A stretch of 59,808 nucleotides of DNA, filler included. It is 7 parts of 7 records of this genome, joined end to end, with 100 filler letters (N's around TTAATTAATTAA, not from the genome) between each part and the next. Parts side by side here need not be neighbours in the genome. Positions count along the whole stretch, not along the records: positions 16,403 to 21,632 come from SRR31147125_16017; positions 21,733 to 27,404 come from SRR31147125_16059; positions 27,505 to 38,637 come from SRR31147125_16083; 4 more parts are not named here. The stretch is one strand, 5' to 3'. Each line of letters starts with the position of its first letter. Position 1 is the stretch's first letter. The position numbers and the translations under genes were made by a program. Positions 18,816 to 28,408 of the stretch are shown here, piece by piece. The notes beneath the pieces were generated by a model that ran no database searches, had not been told where the DNA came from, and worked only from the letters and a program-made list of their open reading frames with translations.

Positions 18816-19122
18816 TTGTTTTTCCTCCTAAAGGTTTAATACAAACAATAAAACAATTTATAAATTGTATTTAACGCTCTATTCCGAAGAATGCGCAAAT
18901 TGATATTTGTGTGATGAACACAAGTATAGCATAATGTTTGGACTTTTAAAACATGTACATTCAACGGGCAGAAAAATATAATGAATACATCAAAAGAGAT
19001 TTTGAGAATCAGGCTTCACAACTGAAAATCATTAATATCTGTGTGGAGGTTGTGGTTCGCAATCCTTTTCAAAAGAAAGCGAAAAGTTAATATGCGAAAT
19101 AGTTTATTAAAGGAGTGCTGTA

Positions 19123-19902
19123 ATGCAGAATTTGTTTTCGTTGGTAGGTAAGAATGCTGTAGTTATCGGTGGTGGCGGCGGTATTGGGCAGGAAATTGCA
19201 AAAGGGCTTGCTTTTTATGGCGCGGATGTTGCAATTGCTAGTCGTAATGTGGAAAAGCTAAAAACTGTTGCTGGTCAAATTAAGGATGAAACAGGTAAAG
19301 ATGTTCGAGTATATTCCGTTGATATAACAGATGAACAGAGTATTATTGAACTGACCGAGATGTCATTGTCTGACATGGGGAATGTTCAGATTCTTGTTAA
19401 TGCACAGGGGCTAAATAAAAAGCATGTAGCAACAGAATTCCCGACGTCAGATTGGGAGTCAATGTTCAAAGTCAATGTCCAAGGCATGATGGTTGCTTGT
19501 CGTGAGTTCGGGAAGAGAATGATTGAGAACAATTATGGGCGAATTATTAATGTATCTTCGATTCGTGAAATTCGTGGTTTTAATGGCAATGGCTTGAACT
19601 GGGGATATGCCAGTACAAAAGGAGCCGTATCCATGTTAACAAAATCGTTGGCGGGCGAATGGGGGAGATATAACATTACAGTAAACTCAATAGGGCCGAT
19701 TGTTACAAAAACGGAGATGATAATACCGGTCTTAGAAGCGAATCCAGGGCTTGAGGAAGCGCTTCTTTCAAATGTCCCAATGGGAAGATTAGGTTTAGTC
19801 GAGGATAACATCGGTCCGGCAGTGTTCCTCGCGTCAGACGCTGCAGCATTTATAACTGGGCAGACCATTTACACAGACGGCGGAAGTGCTTCGGTAATAT
19901 AA
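19123..19902 (+). CDS. SDR family oxidoreductase (gluconate 5-dehydrogenase-like)
   Basis: GGGGGIG, NAQG, YASTK, NSIGP, ITGQTIYTDGG. Confidence 0.93.
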   Translation: MQNLFSLVGKNAVVIGGGGGIGQEIAKGLAFYGADVAIASRNVEKLKTVAGQIKDETGKDVRVYSVDITDEQSIIELTEMSLSDMGNVQILVNAQGLNKKHVATEFPTSDWESMFKVNVQGMMVACREFGKRMIENNYGRIINVSSIREIRGFNGNGLNWGYASTKGAVSMLTKSLAGEWGRYNITVNSIGPIVTKTEMIIPVLEANPGLEEALLSNVPMGRLGLVEDNIGPAVFLASDAAAFITGQTIYTDGGSASVI

Positions 19903-20562
19903 AAGAATACTTATTATTGATATTGTCGAAGGAGTTGTGCGCGACCATGGGTTTGGTGATATACCGATTGCTTTGGATGGTTGTACATCCGGATTCTTGG
20001 TAGGCGAAGCGTTGGCTCGCAGAGGATTGGAGACGGTCGACGGCAAGCGCTGTATGTTTATGTCGTGCATGGTAAAGGAATGCGGACTTGTTGGTGTCGG
20101 AATGAATCGGCTGTATGGACTTGGCTGCGACGAAACGCAGGGATATGTTTGTGCTTCCGGTTCGCGTACCAATCCTCTCCATATCGACTTTACAGACCCG
20201 ATGATGTGTATGAAAAAGCATGGGCAATTTAAAGCTGGGGCTTCGGCAAACGACCCAATTAAAGGATTTTCGAATTTGCAGAAATACTGGGGTTGCGAAA
20301 ATATCGAAGAGGTTGCTTCCTATACTGTTGGTTACGGGCTCGGCATTTCACTACACGGGTACCCGTTTGTATTCTATCTTATACCACCTCCGGAAGAAGT
20401 ACCAGTATTTGAAGAAGGCATGGTGCTAGCTATGGGAACATGGGGTGGAAACGACGCTGGTACTTTTGGTGCCCGTCTGGAGGGAAACCTAGTTGTAACA
20501 AAAGATGGATATGAATTGCTATCCTTCTGACCGGCTGATAAAGTCACCGAATGCCCATTATA
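19903..20562 (+). pseudogene. Decayed M24 (Xaa-Pro) peptidase
   Basis: VGYGLGISLH (normally GHG.G), EEGMVLAMGTW (normally ET), RLEGNLVVT..GYELL (normally LEE); N-terminus and internal segments missing; no proper start. Confidence 0.7.
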
Positions 20563-20625
20563 AACATGTTACTAGAAGTTATATAGGATTGGTATTAAAA
20601 AACGAAGTATAGGCAGGGGGATGAA

Positions 20626-21536
20626 TTGGTTTACGAAAATTATGATCAAATTGTTGATAAATTGCACAACTTAAAAACTAAACGACGCATCGTTGTTGCC
20701 GGAGCGGATGAAGATCATGTTATTGAAGCGGTCTTCAACGCTCAGCAACAACAAATCATTGATCCGATCTTAATTGGGAATAAACGAAAAATACTTGAGA
20801 TTATCCAGACTCTTGGTTTGCGTGTGTCGGATTGCGATATTGTCGATTGCGTTGATGATGCGAATACCAGCCAACTTGCCTTAGACATAATTAATTCGGG
20901 CGATGGTGACTTTCTGATGAAAGGAAAAATCGAAACTCGTCAGCTTCTCAGGCCGATTGTCGATAAGAAAAACAAAATGTATACAGGGAGGTTGATGACG
21001 CATTTTACGTTATCGAGGATTCCGGATATAGCAAGTTGTTATCGATGACTGATGGAGTGATGCAGATTTATCCGGATCTAAAAGCAAAGGAAGACATGAT
21101 TGTTAACGCTGTTAGCAACCTCAGAAAAATAGGATATGATCGCCCAAAAGTTGCAGTAATATGCGCGATTGAAAAGGTCAATCCAAAAATGAAAGAAACT
21201 GTTGATGCGGATATGCTTGCTCAGATGAATCAAAGAGATGAAATACAAGATTGCGATGTTTTTGGACCGATTTCATACGATTTAGCTATAAGCAGGGAGA
21301 GTGCTGTCATTAAAGGCTTTGATTGTCCGTGGAGCGGGGAGTTTGACGTCATCGTTTTGCCGAATCTTATAGCGGCCAATGTGCTTGGCAAGAGTTGGGT
21401 TTATAATGCCGGAGGTTGTAATGCGGGTATGATTGCCGGTGCTAAGATTCCTATTGCGCTGACATCTAGAAGTGCCAGCTCTGAGGAGAAATTTATGTGT
21501 ATTGCCCTATGCGCACTATGTGCTGATATAAAGTAG
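20626..21536 (+). CDS. Phosphate butyryl/acetyltransferase, split by one frameshift near 21025
   Basis: ORF 20626-21048 (GDFLMKGKIET) and ORF 21036-21536 (AIEKVNPKM, GPISYDLA, LTSRSAS) join if one G is added to CCG-GA-TAT (PGYSKLLSMTDG). Confidence 0.85.
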
Positions 21537-21549
21537 AGGGAGGTTGTTT

Positions 21550-21632
21550 GTGGCTAATACAGTTACAGGAGAGATTTCATCAGACCAGCTTGGAAAAACA
21601 CTGATGCATGAGCATGTGGTGTTTGGATATCC
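21550..21632 (+). CDS. Phosphotriesterase-family protein, N-terminus only
   Basis: MANTVTGEISSDQLGKTLMHEHVVFGY (HEH metal motif); GGAGG SD. Confidence 0.8.
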
Positions 21633-21732
21633 NNNNNNNNNNNNNNNNNNNNNNNNNNNNNNNNNNNNNNNNNNNNTTAATTAATTAANNNNNNNNNNNN
21701 NNNNNNNNNNNNNNNNNNNNNNNNNNNNNNNN
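21633..21732. other. Artificial contig linker
   Basis: N44-TTAATTAATTAA-N44. Confidence 0.99.
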
Positions 21733-22248
21733 GAAACAATGTGCTGGATTTTTAACAGTAAATATAATTTCCCGGTTACCATTGCCCGACCATTTAATAA
21801 TTATGGCCCCGGAATGAGTATTCACGACAAAAGGTTACCCGCAGATTTTGCCAAATGTGTAATGGATGGCCGTGATTTAAATATTCTGTCAGACGGTAAA
21901 CCAACGCGTACTTTCTGCTATATCTCAGATGCGATTACTGGGTATCTCAAGGTCTTGCTGTATGATAAGCTGGAAGCATTTAATATTGGTATTGATAAGC
22001 CTGAAATTTCAGTAAAAGAGTTTGCTGAGTTGTACGTTAAAAGTGCAAAAGAAATATTGGATTACTCGGGTAAAGCCACCTTCGAGAAATCTGATGATGA
22101 GGATTATATGACAGATAATCCCAATAGAAGATGCCCTGATATAACAAAGGCGAGAACGCTATTAAATTATAATCCTACAATTCATGTTGAAGAAGGAATT
22201 GGAAGGTTCTTAGAGTTTCTAAAAATTTATAACGGACAATTATTATGA
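21733..22248 (+). CDS. NAD-dependent epimerase/dehydratase (UDP-glucuronate decarboxylase-like), 5'-truncated
   Basis: RPFNNYGPGM, DGKPTRTFCYISD, NPNRRCPDITKA. Confidence 0.88.
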   Translation, partial: ETMCWIFNSKYNFPVTIARPFNNYGPGMSIHDKRLPADFAKCVMDGRDLNILSDGKPTRTFCYISDAITGYLKVLLYDKLEAFNIGIDKPEISVKEFAELYVKSAKEILDYSGKATFEKSDDEDYMTDNPNRRCPDITKARTLLNYNPTIHVEEGIGRFLEFLKIYNGQLL

Positions 22249-23498
22249 TAACAGTACTTGGTTTAGGTTTCGTAGGCCTTACTACTGGCCTTGGATTTGC
22301 AAAAAAAGGTTTTAATACATATGGTTTTGATGTCGATGAAGAACGTCTCAATTCTCTTAAAAACTATAATATACCTTTTCATGAACCTCATTTGGAAGAT
22401 GTATTAAGAGAAACAAACAACAAAACATTTTCTCTTGAAACTGATTTTGAAACAGCAATTAAAGAAAGTGAAGCAATTTTCTTATGTGTGGGTACACCAA
22501 GCAAAGAAGATGGCAGTGCTGATTTAAAATATATCTATGCTGCAATAGAACAAGTTTTAGCTGTTGACACGGATAAATTTCAGGTTATCATAACAAAATC
22601 TACAGTTCCGCCTTCTACGGTTTCAACAAAGGTAATTCCATTTGTGAAAGAGAAATTATCTCAATTTCCAAATCGAAAGATTGGATTTGCTTCAAATCCG
22701 GAATTTCTTCGAGAAGGCTATTGTTGGGAAGATTTTATTGACCCGGACAGGATTGTAATTGGTGTTGACGATGAAAAGTCAAAAGGTGTTCTTGATAAGA
22801 TTTATCAACCATTTAATGCTCCAATACATTATGTTACATATAATTCTGCAGAGTTTATTAAATACTTATCAAATACTTTATTATCCACAATGATTAGCTA
22901 TTCGAATGAAATGTCGATGATTGCAAATCATATTGGCGATATTGATATTCCAAAAGCGTTTCGCATTTTACATGAAGATAAAAGGTGGTATGGCACGCCT
23001 GCAGGAATGTCAAAATATGTTTATCCTGGATGTGGGTACGGAGGCTATTGTTTGCCAAAAGATACTTCGGCACTGGTTCAAGCTTCAATTGAACATGGTT
23101 ATACGCCGGAAATTCTGCAGGCAAATTTGGTAACCAATTCAACAATAAAAGCATATATTGCCGATACAATTGAAAAAGAGGTTGATAAATCCGACTCAAT
23201 TGGTATTTTAGGTTTATCTTTTAAACCTGATTCTGATGATGTAAGAATAACGCCAACAAAGGAAATAATTGAAATTCTTTTACAAAAAGGATATAAAAAC
23301 ATATATGCATACGATCCAATCTCAAATGCGGAATTTCAAAAATATTATCCTGATTTAGAGATTCAATATTGTGATTCTTTGGGAGATATTTTATCCAAAA
23401 CAAATAATGTTGCTATTCTTACAGGTTGGAAAGAATTTAAAGAAAATAAGGATAAGATTCAATCAAAGAATGTATTTGATTACCGATATATCTATTAA
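22245..23498 (+). CDS. UDP-glucose/GDP-mannose dehydrogenase family protein
   Basis: GLGFVG, CVGTP, KSTVPP, NPEFLREG, GYGGYCLPKD, GLSFKPDSDDVR. Confidence 0.93.
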   Translation: MITVLGLGFVGLTTGLGFAKKGFNTYGFDVDEERLNSLKNYNIPFHEPHLEDVLRETNNKTFSLETDFETAIKESEAIFLCVGTPSKEDGSADLKYIYAAIEQVLAVDTDKFQVIITKSTVPPSTVSTKVIPFVKEKLSQFPNRKIGFASNPEFLREGYCWEDFIDPDRIVIGVDDEKSKGVLDKIYQPFNAPIHYVTYNSAEFIKYLSNTLLSTMISYSNEMSMIANHIGDIDIPKAFRILHEDKRWYGTPAGMSKYVYPGCGYGGYCLPKDTSALVQASIEHGYTPEILQANLVTNSTIKAYIADTIEKEVDKSDSIGILGLSFKPDSDDVRITPTKEIIEILLQKGYKNIYAYDPISNAEFQKYYPDLEIQYCDSLGDILSKTNNVAILTGWKEFKENKDKIQSKNVFDYRYIY

Positions 23499-23509
23499 AC
23501 TAAACTGAT

Positions 23510-24049
23510 ATGTTCGAAAAGATAGAAACAGAAATTTCCGGATGTTATATCATCAAGCCCAGGGTATTTTCAGATAATCGTGGACTCTTTATTAAGTTGT
23601 TTCATAATGAATTGTTTGAAGGTTTAGGACTTCGAAGTGACTTTAAAGAAGAGTATTATTCAACGTCTTCAAAAGGCGTGATTAGAGGTTTACACTTTCA
23701 GGTTCCACCCGAAGAACATGTAAAATGTATTTCATGCCTGTCTGGAGAAATTTTCGATGTTGTTGTTGATTTACGAAAAAATTCACCAACATTTGGCAAG
23801 CATTTAACTTTTACGTTAAAGGCCAACGAACCAACAATTCTTTATATTCCTGAGGGTATGGCTCATGGTTTTATGTCGATTACCGATGATACAATATTTT
23901 TAAATAAAACAACAACCGTGTTTAATGCTGATTGTGATACTGGTATACACTGGGATTCTTGTGGTATTAAATGGCCGGATATTAAGCCTGTTTTATCTGA
24001 AAAAGATATTGAGATGATTCCATTTAGTGAATTTGATAGCCCATTTTAA
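23510..24049 (+). CDS. rfbC: dTDP-4-dehydrorhamnose 3,5-epimerase family
   Basis: DNRGLF, RGLHFQ, DVVVDLRKNSPTFG, AHGF. Confidence 0.9.
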   Translation: MFEKIETEISGCYIIKPRVFSDNRGLFIKLFHNELFEGLGLRSDFKEEYYSTSSKGVIRGLHFQVPPEEHVKCISCLSGEIFDVVVDLRKNSPTFGKHLTFTLKANEPTILYIPEGMAHGFMSITDDTIFLNKTTTVFNADCDTGIHWDSCGIKWPDIKPVLSEKDIEMIPFSEFDSPF

Positions 24050-24061
24050 AAATAGAACAAC

Positions 24062-25351
24062 ATGTATATAATTGACAACAAATTAAAAGAACGAGAGCAA
24101 AATGGAAATCCCATTAAAGTAGGCATTATTGGTGCCGGTGAAATGGGAAAAGGACTTATTAATCAAATCTGTAGATATACCCCGGGAATGGTTGTTGCTG
24201 CGGTGTATAACAGAACAGTTTCAAAAGCAGAGAATACGTTAAAAAGTGCTGGTTGTGAAGATTATATAATATCTGATAATGAAAGTACTTTTTCTAAAGC
24301 AATACAAGAGAATAAGGTTGCTATAACATCACAAATTGATCTATTAATAGAAGATCCAGGACTTGATGTACTGGTAGAATTAACCGGACTCATTTCATTA
24401 GGACTGGAAAATATATTGAAAGCCTTTAAAAAGGGAAAACATGTTGTGTCTTTTAATGCAGAGTTGGAAGCTACATTTGGCCCGTTATTAAAAAAAGAAG
24501 CAAAGGCAAACAATGTCTTATATACATTGGGAGATGGAGATCAACCCGGAGTTACCCAGAATTTATTCAGGCATGTAACAATGATGGGATTTGAGCCATT
24601 GGTATGCGGGAATATAAAAGGTCTTCAGGATCATTATAGAAACCCAACCACCCAGGAAGGATTTGCAAAACAATGGGATATGACCCCAGAAATGGTGACA
24701 AGTTTTGCTGATGGTACAAAGATTTCTTTCGAGCAGGCTTGTACAGCAAATGCTAATGACTTTTGTATTGCACAACGTGCAATGATTGGTCCCGATTTTA
24801 AAGGTCATGTAGATGAAATGACAACTGGTTTTTACCCCGATGTTGATAAGCTTAAGGAACTCGGCGGTATTGTTGATTATGTGGTTGGTGGTAAACCCGG
24901 ACCTGGAGTTTTTATTTTTGCTACAACAAAAGATCCGCAATCCGTTAAATATCTGAGATATGGTAAACTCGGTGAAGGGCCGCTCTATAGTTTTTACGTG
25001 CCATATCATTTATTATTTTTTGAATTAGCATTTTCAATCGCCAGGTTAATCGATTTTGAAGATGTTACCTTAGATGCAGAATTTGGAATGAAGGTAGAGG
25101 TTGTAGCGGTAGCAAAGGAAGATTTAAAAGCAGGCGATACAATAGATGGTCTTGGTGGCTATAAAACATATGGTATCTGTGAGAACTCAAACAGTGCACG
25201 AAAAGAAGATTTACTTCCTATGGGATTAGCAGAAGGGAATGTTCTCAAAAGAGATGTGAAAAAAGATGAATTAATTAGATTTGAAGATGTTGATATAAAG
25301 GATAATAATCTAACTTCGTTATATATTGATCAAATTGAATTAACTAATTAA
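24062..25351 (+). CDS. NAD(P)-dependent oxidoreductase (homoserine dehydrogenase-like) with C-terminal SAF domain
   Basis: GAGEMGKG, GDQPG, SFADGTK, PYHL, AKEDLKAGDTIDGLGG. Confidence 0.88.
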   Translation: MYIIDNKLKEREQNGNPIKVGIIGAGEMGKGLINQICRYTPGMVVAAVYNRTVSKAENTLKSAGCEDYIISDNESTFSKAIQENKVAITSQIDLLIEDPGLDVLVELTGLISLGLENILKAFKKGKHVVSFNAELEATFGPLLKKEAKANNVLYTLGDGDQPGVTQNLFRHVTMMGFEPLVCGNIKGLQDHYRNPTTQEGFAKQWDMTPEMVTSFADGTKISFEQACTANANDFCIAQRAMIGPDFKGHVDEMTTGFYPDVDKLKELGGIVDYVVGGKPGPGVFIFATTKDPQSVKYLRYGKLGEGPLYSFYVPYHLLFFELAFSIARLIDFEDVTLDAEFGMKVEVVAVAKEDLKAGDTIDGLGGYKTYGICENSNSARKEDLLPMGLAEGNVLKRDVKKDELIRFEDVDIKDNNLTSLYIDQIELTN

Positions 25352-25366
25352 AATTCCTTTCTAAAT

Positions 25367-26323
25367 ATGACAGATGTAACGTATCAAATTAACATTTCAC
25401 CATTTGATATTGAAACCACGCAAAAGCTTTTGGAACATCAAGTAAATTATTTTAAAGAACAAGTAGGGGAGGTTTTAATTACTTATAATGTTTCTGAAGA
25501 GTTACTGGGAGACAATAGTTATAAAGAAAAGCATGAAAGGACTTTACAAGTTTTTAATAAAGTTATTGATGACAAAGTAAAGTATGTTTATGTGGATTAT
25601 GATAAAACAACTATTGATGCAGTATATGATTATTATTTTAAGAAAATAAGAAAAAAGAGACTTTACGATTGCAAAGGCACTCCTATTTATGCCTTTTTAT
25701 ACGGATTTTACAAAGCTAAATTCGATTATGTGTTTCATATTGATGGCGATATGTTTTTTGGCGGTAAAAGTAAGATCTGGATGAAGGAAGCTGTTGATAT
25801 GCTTGAGGGCGACGACAATATACTTACCGTGGCACCTCTTCCCGGGCCACCACATCCTGATGAGATTCTGTTTGGGCAAAAATATACAAAGGTGGAAGGT
25901 AAGCCATATCACTTCTATATTAATCACCATGTTGGTACCCGGGTATTGCTATTCAATAGAAAAAATCTTTATAAAAAGTTAAGTTACCAATTGCCTAATT
26001 ATAAGAGAATAGTATATGCCATAGCATTTAAGAAGCCAATTATTGATCTTTTGGAGAATATTATATCAAAGTATGTGAAAAAGAGTGGCTTAAAGAGAGT
26101 AGACTTTTTAGGAGCAGATGGTGGAACTTATACTTTGCATCCTTTGTATCGGAGTCAAGAATTTTTTGATAATATTCCTAAAATTATTAAAGATATTGAG
26201 GATAACAACATAGCAGAAGAACAGCTTGGCAAATACAACATGTGTAGCTTCATAGACTGGACAGAAGCAAGGGAGAAATTCTTAAAATCAAAAAGCCTTA
26301 AACGAAAATTATTGGGAATTTAA
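25367..26323 (+). CDS. Putative glycosyltransferase (GT-A fold)
   Basis: YVFHIDGDMFF DxD motif; polysaccharide-locus context. Confidence 0.7.
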   Translation: MTDVTYQINISPFDIETTQKLLEHQVNYFKEQVGEVLITYNVSEELLGDNSYKEKHERTLQVFNKVIDDKVKYVYVDYDKTTIDAVYDYYFKKIRKKRLYDCKGTPIYAFLYGFYKAKFDYVFHIDGDMFFGGKSKIWMKEAVDMLEGDDNILTVAPLPGPPHPDEILFGQKYTKVEGKPYHFYINHHVGTRVLLFNRKNLYKKLSYQLPNYKRIVYAIAFKKPIIDLLENIISKYVKKSGLKRVDFLGADGGTYTLHPLYRSQEFFDNIPKIIKDIEDNNIAEEQLGKYNMCSFIDWTEAREKFLKSKSLKRKLLGI

Positions 26324-26344
26324 AAAGCTTCAGAGCTAGTTGTA

Positions 26345-27328
26345 TTAATAAAATTGGAGTAATATCCAATAATAAGGCAAAGCAATTAATTCTTTAATTG
26401 AGTTTAAGGTGTTCTCAAACGAATTATAATTCGATTCTTTCTTATCAATTGGTAATGATATAATACCTATATCCAGGTTATCCAATAATTTGCTATAAGT
26501 CATTTTGGTTCTTTGTGCATGAGGTCCAATACTAATAATATTTATACCCGAAATACTGTCGTTATGTTTTTCAAGCCATTGTTCAACACAAATTGCACTG
26601 GATAATGTACGGTTTTTAACAAGTTTCTTTCCCGGTATTGAAAATATCTTAGTAGAGTCCATGCCCAATTCAATTAAATAATTTCTTGCTTTCCCGGCAT
26701 GTGTTTTATAATTGATAGGAATTCTTTTATTCCATCCCCGTGCAACGCGGTTATAAACCGTGTTATTCTGATACGGGATAACCAATGTGTCATTAATAAT
26801 CAATTCTTTTACATATAAGTTGTGGTCTCCAAAATCTCCCATAGCATCATCATCAAAATTGATTGTGATGGAATCTGCTTCAGATAGTTTACCATGCCAC
26901 ATCGTTTCGTATGTATCGCGGGAACGTCCGGCACAAAAATCATCTATAATCGAATCATTAACATATAAATTAAAGTGAGAACAATGTTCACCACTTAATT
27001 CACTATGTGCAGAAACTTCTATTTTATTAATCGTTAAACTATCTAAACCGATGAAAAATTTTTCTGTAAAAAAAATAAAGTAGCCATTCATTGGTATCAT
27101 ATAGTATTCGGAAATACTTAGCCCTGTTGTAATTATATAATCGTAGCTGTTTTCTGTAAATTCTTTGTATGCTTGTTCTATATAACCTTTGGGCATCCAG
27201 CCTTCAATCAACAATATATTTCCATTTACTCTTTTTGTTTCTGATAGAAGGTTTAAAATTTTAGGTTGCAGCATCACCAGCCCAATTACTGTAAATGTGG
27301 TAAATAATATTATTCCTTTTTTTATCAT
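26345..27328 (-). CDS. YdcF/ElyC/SanA-like envelope protein with an inserted carbohydrate-binding-like domain
   Basis: LLIEGW, ITTG, NRTLSSA, HAQRT, KELIA YdcF motifs flanking HFNLYVND...FDDD...DHNLYVKELIIN. Confidence 0.75.
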   Translation of the reverse strand: MIKKGIILFTTFTVIGLVMLQPKILNLLSETKRVNGNILLIEGWMPKGYIEQAYKEFTENSYDYIITTGLSISEYYMIPMNGYFIFFTEKFFIGLDSLTINKIEVSAHSELSGEHCSHFNLYVNDSIIDDFCAGRSRDTYETMWHGKLSEADSITINFDDDAMGDFGDHNLYVKELIINDTLVIPYQNNTVYNRVARGWNKRIPINYKTHAGKARNYLIELGMDSTKIFSIPGKKLVKNRTLSSAICVEQWLEKHNDSISGINIISIGPHAQRTKMTYSKLLDNLDIGIISLPIDKKESNYNSFENTLNSIKELIALPYYWILLQFY

Positions 27329-27361
27329 TTATGTTCGAACATAATTTAGTCATTTTATAAC

Positions 27362-27390
27362 AAAAACACCCGGGATAGATTTACCCGGGT
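27362..27390 (-). terminator. Terminator-like hairpin
   Basis: CACCCGGG...CCCGGGTG with a T-run on the minus strand. Confidence 0.65.
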
Positions 27391-27404
27391 GCAATTGATA
27401 TATA

Positions 27405-27504
27405 NNNNNNNNNNNNNNNNNNNNNNNNNNNNNNNNNNNNNNNNNNNNTTAATTAATTAANNNNNNNNNNNNNNNNNNNNNNNNNNNNNNNNNNNNNNNN
27501 NNNN
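27405..27504. other. Artificial contig linker
   Basis: N44-TTAATTAATTAA-N44. Confidence 0.99.
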
Positions 27505-27523
27505 CTTTTACTGTGCTAACCGT

Positions 27524-27883
27524 TTAAGCGTTTACAAAAATAGCTACGTAGGTACCATAGATAAAGAGGCCTAATCCCACAAAAATAAAGACCCAATTAA
27601 TCACTTTTTCCAGAGACGCGGATAATGTGAATTCAAAAAGAATATTTCTTAAACCATAAAATCCATGATACAAGGCTGTACCAAGCAGGATGATATAAGT
27701 GACCATAAAAAAACCTTGCTGGCTTCGGGCAAATACGGATGCTGATTCGACCGGATGATGACCACCAAGTCCGATAGCAGCCAGAATTGTGTCCATGTGC
27801 ATGATGCCCATGTGAAGACTCAGGAGTATCAGTATAAAGAATCCAGCAAAAATATGTAAAATCCACAAAGTAGATTCGCGCAT
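27524..27883 (-). CDS. sdhD: Succinate dehydrogenase/fumarate reductase membrane anchor (SdhD-like)
   Basis: Three TM helices, heme-ligand His (LH, YHGFYGLRNIL); downstream of sdhC. Confidence 0.8.
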   Translation of the reverse strand: MRESTLWILHIFAGFFILILLSLHMGIMHMDTILAAIGLGGHHPVESASVFARSQQGFFMVTYIILLGTALYHGFYGLRNILFEFTLSASLEKVINWVFIFVGLGLFIYGTYVAIFVNA

Positions 27884-27893
27884 AACTTTCTCC

Positions 27894-28334
27894 TTACTTT
27901 AAAAAGTAAAAGTCTATACCTCCGGCGACCATGAAAATTGCGGCAAAAATCATAACAATAATAAATAACGGTCGCTGACGATGTATGGCTGTTTTGTATG
28001 GAAAAACAGGTCGTTCCGGTTTCCCCAGACCGAATCCCAGCTCGATAATCGCCAATCTTAAACCGTTGAGGGCATGATAAGCAAAAGCCAGAAAAATTAA
28101 AAATTCACCAAATTTGGCAATGGGTGTACTAAATGCCGCCATTGTGCGTTCCCAGCTCTCAGGACCGCCCAGTCTGGATCCGGTGACAAAAATATGCAGA
28201 ATGAAATAAAAAAGTATTCCCAGGCCTGTAATCCGGTGGAGGGTGTAAGCATATCTTTCATAGGTATATTTTCCGCCACTGATCCAGCTCTTCAGGCCAA
28301 GGTTGTTTTTATGAAAATTTTTTCCTTTGTTCAT
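27894..28334 (-). CDS. sdhC: Succinate dehydrogenase cytochrome b subunit
   Basis: LHRITGL, YHALNGLR. Confidence 0.88.
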   Translation of the reverse strand: MNKGKNFHKNNLGLKSWISGGKYTYERYAYTLHRITGLGILFYFILHIFVTGSRLGGPESWERTMAAFSTPIAKFGEFLIFLAFAYHALNGLRLAIIELGFGLGKPERPVFPYKTAIHRQRPLFIIVMIFAAIFMVAGGIDFYFLK

Positions 28335-28408
28335 GAGTTTCTCCCAATTTTACTGAGGGACATAATAAATATCTGACTAAAAAATGAACAACTGATATGC
28401 TCCTGCCG

